Assembly: GCA_965225945.1 (NCBI GenBank)
Contig: CBDDBZ010000004.1
Location: 9,240-73,239, forward strand
Reading direction: 5' to 3'
DNA: 64,000 nucleotides
Origin: Alphaproteobacteria bacterium
Lineage (GTDB): Bacteria; Pseudomonadota; Alphaproteobacteria; GCA-2731375
Made by a program: the position numbers and the translations under genes. Shown here in pieces: positions 53,990 to 64,000 of the stretch. Within the stretch, counting starts at the first letter, position 1. The number at the start of each line of letters is the position of its first letter. Below the pieces are notes generated by a model that was given only the letters and a program-made list of their open reading frames with translations, searched no databases and was not told the DNA's origin.

Positions 53990-54572
53990 GGCAGATATCA
54001 CCTCCGTCGCCGTTTATTGTGGGGCTCGCCTCGGCGAGGGGCAAGGCTTTCGCTTGCTCGGCGAGGCCTTCGGGGCGGGGCTCGCAGCGCGCGGCATCCG
54101 CCTGGTCTATGGCGGCGGCCGGATCGGCATGATGGGCGTGATCGCGGATGCCACGCTCGCCGGCGGCGGCGAGGTCGTGGGCGTGATCCCGGAGCACTTG
54201 AACGATCGCGAAATTGCCCACGAGGGTGCCACGGAGTTGATCGTGGTCGAGTCCATGCACGCGCGAAAGCACCGCATGTTCACCCTGTCCGACGCCTTCG
54301 TCGCCCTACCGGGCGGCCTCGGCACCCTCGACGAGACGATCGAGATTCTGACTTGGCGACAGCTCGGGCTGCACGACAAGCCTCTGTTCCTGCTGAACCA
54401 CGAGGACTACTGGCGCCCCTTCATCGGGCTACTGGAGCACGTGATCCGGATGGGCTTCGCGGATGGCGCTATCCGCCGCCTGATCACCGTCGCGGACGAC
54501 ATGGACACTCTCTTCCAAGGCTTCGCGGCGGGCGCCCATCCGAGCGTGCCATCGCGACCCGACCGGATCTGA
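53988..54572 (+). CDS. LOG family (TIGR00730-type) phosphoribohydrolase
   Basis: VAVYCG, VYGGG..GMMG, MHARK, PGG.GTLDE. Confidence 0.94.
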   Translation: MADITSVAVYCGARLGEGQGFRLLGEAFGAGLAARGIRLVYGGGRIGMMGVIADATLAGGGEVVGVIPEHLNDREIAHEGATELIVVESMHARKHRMFTLSDAFVALPGGLGTLDETIEILTWRQLGLHDKPLFLLNHEDYWRPFIGLLEHVIRMGFADGAIRRLITVADDMDTLFQGFAAGAHPSVPSRPDRI

Positions 54573-54692
54573 GAGTCCGACTCGACAGTCCCCGACGCCG
54601 GCCCTTTGCAGCCGGGGCCGGGTGATATATGTTGCGCCGCCCGGCGGCGCCGGCACGCGCACCGCTGCTTCCCTACCCATCAGAGAGACGAA

Positions 54693-55907
54693 ATGAGCAA
54701 GATCAAGGTCGCGACCCCTGTCGTCGAGCTCGACGGCGACGAGATGACTCGGATCATCTGGCAGATGATCAAGGACAAGCTGATTCATCCCTATCTGGAC
54801 ATTGACCTGGTCTACTTCGATCTCGGGATCCAGCACCGCGACGACACCGACGATCAGGCGACCGTCGACTCGGCCAACGCCATCAAGGAATTTGGCGTCG
54901 GCGTCAAATGCGCGACCATCACGCCGGACGAGGCGCGGGTCGAGGAGTTCAAGTTGAAACGGATGTGGCGCTCGCCGAACGGCACCATCCGCAACATCCT
55001 CGGCGGCACCATCTTCCGCGAGCCGATCGTCTGCAAGAACATCCCCCGCCTGGTGCCGGGCTGGACGCAGTCGATGGTGATCGGCCGTCACGCCTTCGGC
55101 GATCAGTATCGCGCGACCGATTTCGTCGTGCCCGGCAAGGGCAAGCTCACCGTGCGCTTTGAGCCGGAGGACGGCGGCGAGGTAATCGAGCGCGAGGTCT
55201 TCGATTTTCCCGGCGGCGGCGTCGCGCTCTCGATGTACAACCTCGACGACTCGATCCGCGACTTCGCGCGGGCCTGCATGAACTTCGGCCTCGGCCGCGG
55301 CTGGCCGGTTTATCTCTCGACCAAGAACACCATCCTGAAAGCCTACGACGGCCGCTTCAAGGACCTGTTCGAGGAGGTCTACGAGGCCGAGTTCAAGGAC
55401 CGCTTCGAGGCCGCCGACAGCTTCTACGAGCACCGCCTGATCGACGACATGGTGGCGCAGGCGCTGAAGTGGAGCGGTGGCTTCGTCTGGGCCTGCAAGA
55501 ACTACGACGGCGACGTGCAGTCAGACATCGTAGCCCAGGGCTTCGGCTCGCTGGGCCTGATGACCTCGGTGCTGATGAGCCCCGGCGGCAATACGGTGGA
55601 GGCCGAGGCGGCGCACGGCACCGTCACCCGCCATTACCGCCTGCACCAGCAGGGCCAGCAGACCTCGACCAACCCGATCGCCTCGATCTTCGCCTGGAGC
55701 CGGGGTCTCGGACACCGCGCCCGGATCGACCAGACGCCCGAGCTCGCGAGCTTCGCCGAGACCCTGGAGCGGGTCTGCGTCGAGACCGTCGAGAGCGGCA
55801 ACATGACCAAGGATCTGGCGATCCTGGTGGGCCCCGATCAGGAATGGCTGACCACGACCCAGTTCATGGAGAAGCTCGACCAGAACCTGCAGGCCGCGAT
55901 GGGCTGA
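54693..55907 (+). CDS. icd: NADP-dependent isocitrate dehydrogenase
   Basis: [37 protein letters not shown]. Confidence 0.97.
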   Translation: MSKIKVATPVVELDGDEMTRIIWQMIKDKLIHPYLDIDLVYFDLGIQHRDDTDDQATVDSANAIKEFGVGVKCATITPDEARVEEFKLKRMWRSPNGTIRNILGGTIFREPIVCKNIPRLVPGWTQSMVIGRHAFGDQYRATDFVVPGKGKLTVRFEPEDGGEVIEREVFDFPGGGVALSMYNLDDSIRDFARACMNFGLGRGWPVYLSTKNTILKAYDGRFKDLFEEVYEAEFKDRFEAADSFYEHRLIDDMVAQALKWSGGFVWACKNYDGDVQSDIVAQGFGSLGLMTSVLMSPGGNTVEAEAAHGTVTRHYRLHQQGQQTSTNPIASIFAWSRGLGHRARIDQTPELASFAETLERVCVETVESGNMTKDLAILVGPDQEWLTTTQFMEKLDQNLQAAMG

Positions 55908-55933
55908 GGCGAAACGGGCGCGGGCGGCTGAAA

Positions 55934-58588
55934 TCAACCGGCGCCGGCGGCGATTGCCCGCTCGATCGCGGCGAGCGCGGCGTCGGCCTTGTCGCCGGAG
56001 GGGCCGCCGGCCTGCGCCATGTCGGGCCGGCCGCCGCCGCCCTTGCCGCCCACCGCCTCGGCCCCGGCACGGACCAGGGCCACGGCGTCGAGCCGTTCGG
56101 TCAGATCGTCGGTAACGCCCACGGTCAGTGCCGCCTTGCCCTCGTTCACCGCGATGTAGGCGACGACGCCGGAACCCAGATCCGTCTTCGCCTGATCGAC
56201 CATGGCGCGAAGCTCCTTGGCCGGCACGCCGTCGAGCCGGCGGCCGCGATAGCTGATGCCCGCGACCTCGCGCGCGGCCGGCGCGGCCTCGCCGCCGCCC
56301 TCGCCCCGGGCCAGCGCCTGGCGGGCCTGGGTCAACTCGCGTGTCAGCCGACGGCGCGCCTCGACCAGCGCCTCGATCCGCGCCGGCAGGCCGTCGGCAT
56401 CGACCCGCACCAGCTCCGAGAGCCGCTCGAGGATCCGGTCACGGTTCCGGTAGTGGGTGAACACCGCCTCGCCGGTCAGCGCCTCGATCCGCCGCACGCC
56501 CGCCGCCACGCCGCCTTCCGAGACGATGTGGAAGGGGCCGATGTCGCCGGTGCGACCGACATGGGTGCCGCCGCAGAGTTCGGTCGAATAGGCCCCCTCG
56601 CCCGCCTCGCCCATGGTGACGACGCGGACCTCGTCGCCGTATTTTTCGCCGAAGAGGGCGAGCGCGCCGGCATCGACCGCCGCCTCGGGCTCCATCAGCC
56701 GGGTCGCGACGTCGGCATTGGTCGCGATCTGGCGGCGCACGTCGCTCTCCACGTCGGCGATTTCTTCCGCCGTCATCGGCTTGGGGTGGGAGATGTCGAA
56801 ACGCAGCCGGTCGGGAGCCACGAGCGAGCCCTTCTGGGTCACGTGGGCACCGAGCCGGCGCCGCAGCGCCGCGTGCAGGAGATGGGTGGCCGAATGGCTA
56901 TGGCGGAGCCGATCGCGCCGCCGGCCGTCGACCACGAGTTCGACCGGCTCGCCGACGCGAAGCGCGCCGCCCGAGACGGTGGCGAGGTGGACATGCAGAC
57001 TCTCCGCCTGCTTGACGGTATCGCGGATCTCGGCACGGGTGCCGCCCGCCCCCACCAGGTGGCCGGCATCGCCCTGCTGGCCTCCGGATTCGGCATAGAA
57101 CGGCGTCTGATTGACGATGATCGCCGCCGCGACCCCATCTTCGGCGACCTCGACCGGTTCGCCGTCGAGCAGGATTGCGACGACGGCCGCTTCCGCCCGC
57201 TCGGTCTCGTGGCCGAGGAATTCGGTTGCGCCCACGGCCTCCCGCAGCTCGAACCAGACACGTTCCGTCGCCTGCTCGCCGGAGCCCGACCAATGGGCCC
57301 GCGCCGCCGCGCGCTGGCGCGCCATCGCCTCGTTGAAGCCGTCGAGGTCGACGCCCCGGCCTTCGGCGCGGAGCGCATCCTGGGTCAGATCGAGGGGGAA
57401 GCCGTAGGTATCGTAAAGGCGGAAGGCGACCTCGCCCGAGAGCGGCTCGCCCGCGCCGAGCCTGGCGGTCTCCTGGCCGAGCATGTGGACGCCGCGCTCG
57501 AGGGTGCGGCGGAAGCGGACCTCTTCCAGCTTCAGGGTCTCGCCGATCAGCGCGGCGGCCCGCGTCAGCTCGGGGAACTGGCCGCCCATCTCCGCCTCCA
57601 GCACCGGCGCCAGGCGCCAAAGCAGCGGCTCCTCGTGGCCCATCTGGTGCACGTGGCGAACGGCGCGGCGGATGATCCGACGCAGGACGTAGCCCCGCCC
57701 CTCGTTCGACGGCATGACGCCTTCGGCGATCAGGAAACTGGCGGCGCGCAGGTGATCGGCCACCACCTTGTGGGAGTTGCGCTCGGGCCCGTCCGGCTCG
57801 GTCCCGGTGAACTCGGCCGAGGCCTCCAGCAGCACCCGCATTAGGTCGCCGTCATAGTTGTCGTGCTGGCCCTGCAGCACGGCGGCGAGCCGTTCCAGCC
57901 CCATGCCGGTGTCGATCGAGGGCTTGGGCAGCGAAATTCGCTTCTGCGTCGTCACCTGATCGAACTGCATGAAGACCAGGTTCCAGATTTCGATGAAGCG
58001 GTCGCCGTCCTCGTCCGCACTGCCGGGAGGGCCGCCGGGGACGGTCGGTCCATGGTCGTAGAAGATCTCGGAACAGGGCCCGCAGGGTCCCGTCTCGCCC
58101 ATCGTCCAGAAATTATCCGAGGTGGCGATACGGATGATGCGCGCCTCCGGCAGGCCGGCGATCCGGCGCCAGAGATCGAAGGCCTCGTCGTCCTCGTGAT
58201 AGACGGTGACCAGCACGCGCTCAGGCTCGAGGCCGTATTCCTCGGTGATCAGCTTCCAGGCCAGCTCGATCGCCAGATCCTTGAAATAATCGCCGAAGGA
58301 AAAATTGCCCAGCATCTCGAAGAAGGTGTGATGGCGGGCGGTATAGCCGACGTTGTCGAGGTCGTTGTGCTTACCGCCGACGCGAACGCACTTCTGCGAG
58401 GTCACGGCACGCTGATAGGACCGCTGCTCGATGCCGGTGAAGACGTTCTTGAACTGCACCATGCCGGCGTTGGTGAACAGCAGCGTCGGGTCGTTGTGCG
58501 GCACCAGCGGGCTCGAGGCCACGACCTCGTGGCCGCTCGCCCGGAAGTAGTCGAGAAAGGTCTGTCGGATGTCCCGGGTCGTCGCCAT
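55934..58588 (-). CDS. alaS: Alanine--tRNA ligase
   Basis: [55 protein letters not shown]. Confidence 0.98.
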   Translation of the reverse strand: MATTRDIRQTFLDYFRASGHEVVASSPLVPHNDPTLLFTNAGMVQFKNVFTGIEQRSYQRAVTSQKCVRVGGKHNDLDNVGYTARHHTFFEMLGNFSFGDYFKDLAIELAWKLITEEYGLEPERVLVTVYHEDDEAFDLWRRIAGLPEARIIRIATSDNFWTMGETGPCGPCSEIFYDHGPTVPGGPPGSADEDGDRFIEIWNLVFMQFDQVTTQKRISLPKPSIDTGMGLERLAAVLQGQHDNYDGDLMRVLLEASAEFTGTEPDGPERNSHKVVADHLRAASFLIAEGVMPSNEGRGYVLRRIIRRAVRHVHQMGHEEPLLWRLAPVLEAEMGGQFPELTRAAALIGETLKLEEVRFRRTLERGVHMLGQETARLGAGEPLSGEVAFRLYDTYGFPLDLTQDALRAEGRGVDLDGFNEAMARQRAAARAHWSGSGEQATERVWFELREAVGATEFLGHETERAEAAVVAILLDGEPVEVAEDGVAAAIIVNQTPFYAESGGQQGDAGHLVGAGGTRAEIRDTVKQAESLHVHLATVSGGALRVGEPVELVVDGRRRDRLRHSHSATHLLHAALRRRLGAHVTQKGSLVAPDRLRFDISHPKPMTAEEIADVESDVRRQIATNADVATRLMEPEAAVDAGALALFGEKYGDEVRVVTMGEAGEGAYSTELCGGTHVGRTGDIGPFHIVSEGGVAAGVRRIEALTGEAVFTHYRNRDRILERLSELVRVDADGLPARIEALVEARRRLTRELTQARQALARGEGGGEAAPAAREVAGISYRGRRLDGVPAKELRAMVDQAKTDLGSGVVAYIAVNEGKAALTVGVTDDLTERLDAVALVRAGAEAVGGKGGGGRPDMAQAGGPSGDKADAALAAIERAIAAGAG

Positions 58589-58895
58589 GACCGCCGCTCT
58601 CCAGGGTGCCGCCCCTCGTCCGCCCTCGGCCGCCTCCGGCCCTCGTCGCCGGCGCGAGGCGGCGGCAACCTAACCGCGCCCGAGAGGGCTGTCCAGCGAG
58701 GCCGGCCGGAGAAAGACGGCGCGCCGAGCGAGGGCGACAAACCCAAACGGCACTCGCCCATTGGCGAGCGCCGCTCGGCCTCGATCGGCCTGGCGTTCTC
58801 TCCCGAGCGCACCAGCCCTCCGCCGAGGGGATGGACGAGGGAGCGGCGGCGTGGGGAAAACCCCGAAACGCTTCAGGGACTTTCGAGTCGGACTC

Positions 58896-59996
<1,101 letters not shown>

Positions 59997-60044
59997 CTTC
60001 CTTCTCCTTATCCCATAGGCCCGACCCGGGGCGCAATGGAGTCA

Positions 60045-60072
60045 AATGTACATGATTTGTTCTTGCTGGCAA
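60045..60072 (-). promoter_or_regulatory. recA promoter with alpha-type LexA box
   Basis: Minus strand TTGCCA-N16-TACATT overlapping GAAC-AAATCAT-GTAC (60062..60048). Confidence 0.8.
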
Positions 60073-60115
60073 GATATTTTTTAGAGCCTTGATTCAATTG
60101 TCGTTTATCAGATGT

Positions 60116-60130
60116 GTTCCACGAGTGTTC
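60116..60130. promoter_or_regulatory. Second alpha-type LexA box
   Basis: GTTC-CACGAGT-GTTC. Confidence 0.6.
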
Positions 60131-60493
60131 AGGCAGCGATGGGGGATTTGAAGCTGCTTCCCGCCGGATCGTCGCGGAGTGTGTCGCGGGCCTCTTCCCG
60201 CTCCCGGGCACGCCCTCGGTGAAGCACGGCCAACGGCGGGTGGTGGCATGATTTCGCCATGCCACGACATCGCCACGGAATCCCGCGGCGGCCCGCCGTC
60301 GCACTCCGGGCCCGAGACCCGCTCGGATCGGCCAGGCAAAAGGCTCGGGGAGCGGATCGGGTTTCGAGTATGGGATGGCCGCCAGTAGGGCGAACTCGAG
60401 GCGCCTGATGGCTGCCCCGGAGACGACGGCACCACACCAAGGCGTGGCCTCACATCGTCGCGAAAATGCGATACCGTCCCGGAAATCCGTTGG

Positions 60494-60845
60494 CTAATCG
60501 ACCCGGTTGCCGGCGGTGTCGATGTGGCCCCAAGTCCCGCCGCTCACCGTCGTGTGCTCCCCCTTGCGCATCAGTTTGCAACCGCGACAGACCGCGGCGA
60601 GGCCGTTCGCAAACGGTTTTGCGAAGTCGAAGCGGGGCGGGATGACGACCCGGCCGAAGGCATCGTAAAAGCCGAACTTGCCGTCACTGACGAAGCGCGC
60701 ACGTCCTTCACGAAACGGGTCGGGGCCGTTGTCGGTGACGAAGGGTCTGACGAGGACCCGTCCCCGGCGATCGATGAGCAACCACTCATCCTCGTTCGCC
60801 ACCGCCGCGAGCCCCTCGGCCGAGAACTCCCGTGCAAGAATGAAC
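60494..60845 (-). pseudogene. 5'-truncated WG-repeat protein
   Basis: FILAREFSAEGLAAV...DNGPDPFREGRARF...KFGFYD..G.VVIPPRFDFAKPF.NGLAAV; frame runs into the element end at 60846. Confidence 0.8.
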
Positions 60846-61018
60846 CTTGCCTATCCGGTTATCACCCACAACCCACTATATGTAGTGTGTCTCCTTGGAC
60901 TGCAGGCAAGGGCCCGGCGCAGGCGCATTGAGGAGGCGATCCGGCTAATTCTTGATTGTTCTGAAAACCGAACCGGAGTTTAATTCACGTCACGTACTTA
61001 ACATCGGGGGACGGAACG

Positions 61019-61327
61019 GTGGCGACCAAGGGAAAAACGAAGAAACCCACGGCCAGACGGGAAGCTGCTGATGAAACGACATCGTCTGAGCGATTGACGG
61101 CACTAGTCGAAGAAAGCGACGCGCTGGCACGAATCGTTGCGAAGAACCCGTCCGCGCCTGTTAGTCTCCTGCGCGTTTTGAGTCGCAGCGAAGACGAAGC
61201 GACACGCAAGAACGTGATCCTCAATCCGTTTACTTCATATGACGTATTGAGCGAACTTGAAAACCAGTTCACAGAGCTATTTGTGAATAATCCGGCACTC
61301 GAATCCTACAATTCAATGAAGCTCTGA
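61019..61327 (+). CDS. Leucine-rich-variant/HEAT-like repeat passenger protein, probably truncated
   Basis: VAKNPSAP..LL..LS, RKNVILNPFT..DVL..L, NNPAL repeats; lower GC. Confidence 0.55.
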   Translation: MATKGKTKKPTARREAADETTSSERLTALVEESDALARIVAKNPSAPVSLLRVLSRSEDEATRKNVILNPFTSYDVLSELENQFTELFVNNPALESYNSMKL

Positions 61328-61576
61328 TTTCCTGGAATATTCCATCGGTGTCGTTCACCTCCGATTTCAGATAAATTTCAATGAAGTGACGGTCCTTTAT
61401 GCAACGTGGCGTTTTGCCAAATCCGACTCGATGATTAGGATTTCCACCACGCTAAAGTGTCGCCTAAAAGCCGCTACAATGCCGTCCGAGTCCCTGCTCG
61501 GCATCGCCGGAGATATCTCCGCTTCGACCTGCACCGAGCTTTACTCAGGAAAATGGGTGCACACTACATATCGTCC

Positions 61577-62545
61577 CTATCCGGTTAAGGCAGGCAGCGC
61601 TCCCTGCGATTGTATACCGTCGACCAGTTCCCTGTAGGTGATGGTCGGTCGGGTCATGGCGCGGTGCAACACGAAATCGGCAAGGTCGAAGATGCGTTTG
61701 CGCCGGTTGAAGCGGTAGTTCCATTCCCGGACGTAGCGCGGCAAATGCTTGGCGCTCACCCCGTGGTAGGTTCCGTTGAGCCACGTCTTCACGTTGGAAA
61801 ACAGGACATGGACGACCGGCATGAGCTGCTCGGCGTTCTTGCCTTGGCCTTGAACGACGGGCTGGTGGCGATAAGTATCGCCAAGCTTGGCGTAACTCTT
61901 GAAAGCGTCGCTGTCGAGGCGGCTTCCCGGCTTCACCGAGGCGCGCACGAAGTCGCCCAACTCACGGGCGGTGGCCTCGGGCAGGATGGCGAGCCGCGCG
62001 GCGCCGGCGGCGAAGCCGCTCCCCTTGATGCCCTTGCCCGACCCGACCGGCCACTTCTCGACCGCCATCACCAACAGGCTCTTGTTCGGGTTGGAAAGCC
62101 CGCGCCCCCGGCTCTCCGGCTTGCCCCGCCCGCCGTAATAGCTCTCGTCGACCTCGACCAAGCCCTCCAGCGGGAACTCCGGGCGCTCCGTCAGGGCATG
62201 GCGCAGCTTGTGGGCCATCAGCCAGGCGGTGTCGTAGCGCAGGCTCAACTCTCGCGACAGAAACAGCGCCGAGACCCCGCGCTTGTCGCGCCCCATCCAC
62301 CACGCCGCCAGGAACCATTTGCGCAACGGTGTGCGGGTGCGGTGGAAGACCGTGCCCGCGGTCACCGATTCCTGATGGCCGCAACCGGCGCATTCGAAGA
62401 CCCGCGGCCGCGTCTTCAATTGGTAGTTCCGCCTCTCGCCGCAACGCGCGCAGACGTAGCCTTGCGGCCAGCGCAGCCGAGCCAGCGCCTCGATGCAGTC
62501 CGCCTCCGATCCATGGCGTTCGAGGAACTCCAATATCCCGCTCAT
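61577..62545 (-). CDS. IS1595 transposase (intact ORF)
   Basis: Zn ribbon CARC/CAGC, TAGTVFHRT, VEVDESYYGG, DSD...Y, VH..FSNVK, HL.RY..E..YRFNRR; GGAGG RBS. Confidence 0.95.
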   Translation of the reverse strand: MSGILEFLERHGSEADCIEALARLRWPQGYVCARCGERRNYQLKTRPRVFECAGCGHQESVTAGTVFHRTRTPLRKWFLAAWWMGRDKRGVSALFLSRELSLRYDTAWLMAHKLRHALTERPEFPLEGLVEVDESYYGGRGKPESRGRGLSNPNKSLLVMAVEKWPVGSGKGIKGSGFAAGAARLAILPEATARELGDFVRASVKPGSRLDSDAFKSYAKLGDTYRHQPVVQGQGKNAEQLMPVVHVLFSNVKTWLNGTYHGVSAKHLPRYVREWNYRFNRRKRIFDLADFVLHRAMTRPTITYRELVDGIQSQGALPALTG

Positions 62546-62581
62546 CGAATAGTCCTCCAAAAGCTCCAGCCGATGCGATCA

Positions 62582-62613
62582 GCCTACACCTCTATGGAGA
62601 ACATATCAAGAAC
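62582..62613 (-). promoter_or_regulatory. IS1595 transposase promoter overlapped by a LexA box
   Basis: Minus strand TTGATA-N17-TAGGCT; GAAC-ATATCAA-GAAC at 62599..62613 straddles the -35. Confidence 0.7.
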
Positions 62614-62787
62614 ATTCGGAGCCCATCCTGCTTTAACCAGATAGGGACGCTACATATAGTGGGTGTGGGTGATAACCGGATAGGCAAGGATCAAAGCATT
62701 GAAATCAAGCAACTTTCTTGAGCCGCGTGCGGCCGGTGGGATTTCGTTCTGCAAATTCTCCGATTTTGCTAATTTATATACAATATA

Positions 62788-62825
62788 CCGTATTTGCAGT
62801 ACTATTCCGTATTTGCAGTACTATT
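62788..62825. repeat. 19-bp tandem duplication
   Basis: CCGTATTTGCAGTACTATT x2. Confidence 0.9.
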
Positions 62826-62917
62826 AATGAATGATCGATTCTCTCGCGCCCGAGATGCGCGCACTATGGGTCAGCGGAAATGGGTGCCGTTTGACCGCTA
62901 TGCAAAATGCAAGACTT

Positions 62918-64000
62918 TGTATCGCACCCGGTTCCTTGGACACAAGTTTGTCTCATGCGGCGGGCCTGAGTGACATCGCGGTGTGCCACGCCTGACGAGC
63001 TTGAGCGGGGCTCAGGTAGCCGTTCTTCTCCACGATCCACTGGGCATTGTACTGTTCGACGAACCGCGGACGGCGTTCCGCAGCTCCGCGATGTTGCGGT
63101 AGATGCGGCCATGGATGATCTGTTCCTTGAGCGTGCGATTGAACCTCTCGGCGACGCCGTTGGTCTGGGGCTGTTCGACGAAGGCGTAGGACGGCTGGAT
63201 GCCCCAGAACTTGATCTGGTTGGTGAAGTGGTCCGACAGATACTGGGAGCCGTGATCCATCCGCAAGGCCAGCCCCCGCGCCGCACCGGCGGAGGTCGAG
63301 GCATACAGCCTCGCAAGCCCCATGGAGATCGGCTGAAGGGCGGCGAAGCGGTCGCCTCGCTTGCACACATGCCAGCCGACGCACTCGGCGTTCCAATGCT
63401 CGATGGCGGTGAATATCCAGCCCCAGCCGTCGTCCACCGTGAACACCCGAACGCCGTCCGTGCCCCACATGAGGTTGGGGGCATGGGTGATGATCTCACC
63501 GACATGGGGATTTCCGCCACGGCGGCGGCAGCGATGGGGCGAGAGCAGGTTGTTCTCGCGCATCACCCGGAGCACCCGCTTGCGGGAAACACGGATGCCA
63601 CGACAGACCCGAAGCCGAGCCCAGACCTTGCGGTGTCCCTCGCCCTCCCAGGGGGATGCCTCCAGGTCGGCCTCGATGGCCACCAGCAGAGCCTCGTCCG
63701 AGATCGAGGGCTTCGGTCCCCGGCGCTTTGCTGGTGGGCGCTCAGCGGTGGCCTGCTGCCGGGATTTCATGGCGTAGAACGAGGAACGGGCAAAACCCCA
63801 GGCCGCACAGACCCGCTGGAGGCCGTAGGCCAAACCCGTGCCGGGAGAGGTGGCGGCACTCATCGCCGCGACCTCCGCCGCCCCAAAGGGCCGGACGTCT
63901 CCGTCTTGGCCTCCAGCAGTTCCACCTGCATGATCAACTCCCCGATCCGCTTCATGGCGATGTCCAGTTCCGCCTTCACCGGATTGCCCTTGCGTTCCTT
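62918..64000 (-). mobile_element. IS3-family insertion sequence (partial, continues beyond the window)
   Basis: End ...GTGTCCAAGGAACCGGGTGCGATACA; orfA C-terminus (stop 63860-63862) with CCCTTTG slippery-like motif and ATGA overlap; orfB integrase core. Confidence 0.9.
62953..63863 (-). pseudogene. IS3 OrfB transposase with a -1 nt frameshift near 63065
   Basis: GHRKVWARL, WGTD, DHGSQY, NG.AERFNRTLKE; C-terminus FVEQYN...GYLSP is in another frame. Confidence 0.8.

Larger units (their letters stand above)
61572..62649 (-). mobile_element. IS1595-family insertion sequence (ISSod11-like)
   Basis: TIRs CGTCCCTATCCGGTTAAGGCAGG / CCTGCTTTAACCAGATAGGGACG; 8-bp TSD CTACATAT at 61564-61571 and 62650-62657. 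Confidence 0.95.
60846..62688. mobile_element. Non-autonomous element with ~45-bp TIRs; right TIR interrupted by IS1595
   Basis: Left CTTGCCTATCCGGTTATCACCCACAACCCACTATATGTAGTGTG matches the revcomp of the reconstructed right end (61560..61571 + 62658..62688) with one indel; no TSD seen. Confidence 0.75.

Noticed and set aside
55469-57844. 791-aa plus-strand ORF (and similar long ORFs 31628..33967, 26853..28820, 30261..32009, 21124..22887)
   Set aside because: Shadow ORFs antisense to well-supported genes (alaS, maeB, antiporter, mgtE and others); expected in high-GC DNA; no motifs.
58700-58890. Possible glycine riboswitch between recA and alaS (GGAGAG on the minus strand)
   Set aside because: The GCCGAAG and CTCTCAGG core elements were not found.
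60243-60265. GTGGCATG-N7-CATGCCAC inverted repeat as a sigma54 promoter
   Set aside because: GG-to-GC spacing is 9, not 10; no downstream gene; function unsupported.

Overview
High-GC alphaproteobacterial chromosome segment (Rhodospirillales-like by gene content and by alpha-type LexA and CtrA boxes; taxonomy is inference). The central part is mostly housekeeping and metabolic: mgtE, maeB, tRNA-Leu(GAG), gcdH, PadR-RND efflux, pssA/psd/atm1, LysM, c-type cytochromes, LOG, icd, alaS, recA. The first ~27 kb is rich in small-molecule-modifying enzymes (P450, AKR, SDR, VOC, ECH, 2OG-type oxygenases, three MBL hydrolases, amidase). Mobile DNA is abundant: IS630 in a VOC gene (TA duplication), IS4 next to tRNA-Leu (10-bp TSD), an IS4 remnant in a mosaic duplication, IS1595 (8-bp TSD), IS3 and a RAYT-like remnant. 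Most notable: (i) upstream of recA, a transposase-less element with ~45-bp terminal inverted repeats that each contain an NrdR-box-like palindrome, with an IS1595 inserted into one palindrome; (ii) that IS1595 carries a perfect alpha-type LexA box over its predicted transposase promoter; (iii) two diverged copies of a ~110-bp RpoH-like promoter plus terminator cassette (candidate sRNA) bracketing a cargo region and an atypical P450; (iv) two divergent genes whose start codons overlap in CCATGG. No CRISPR array or rRNA seen. All family assignments are by motif recognition, not database search.
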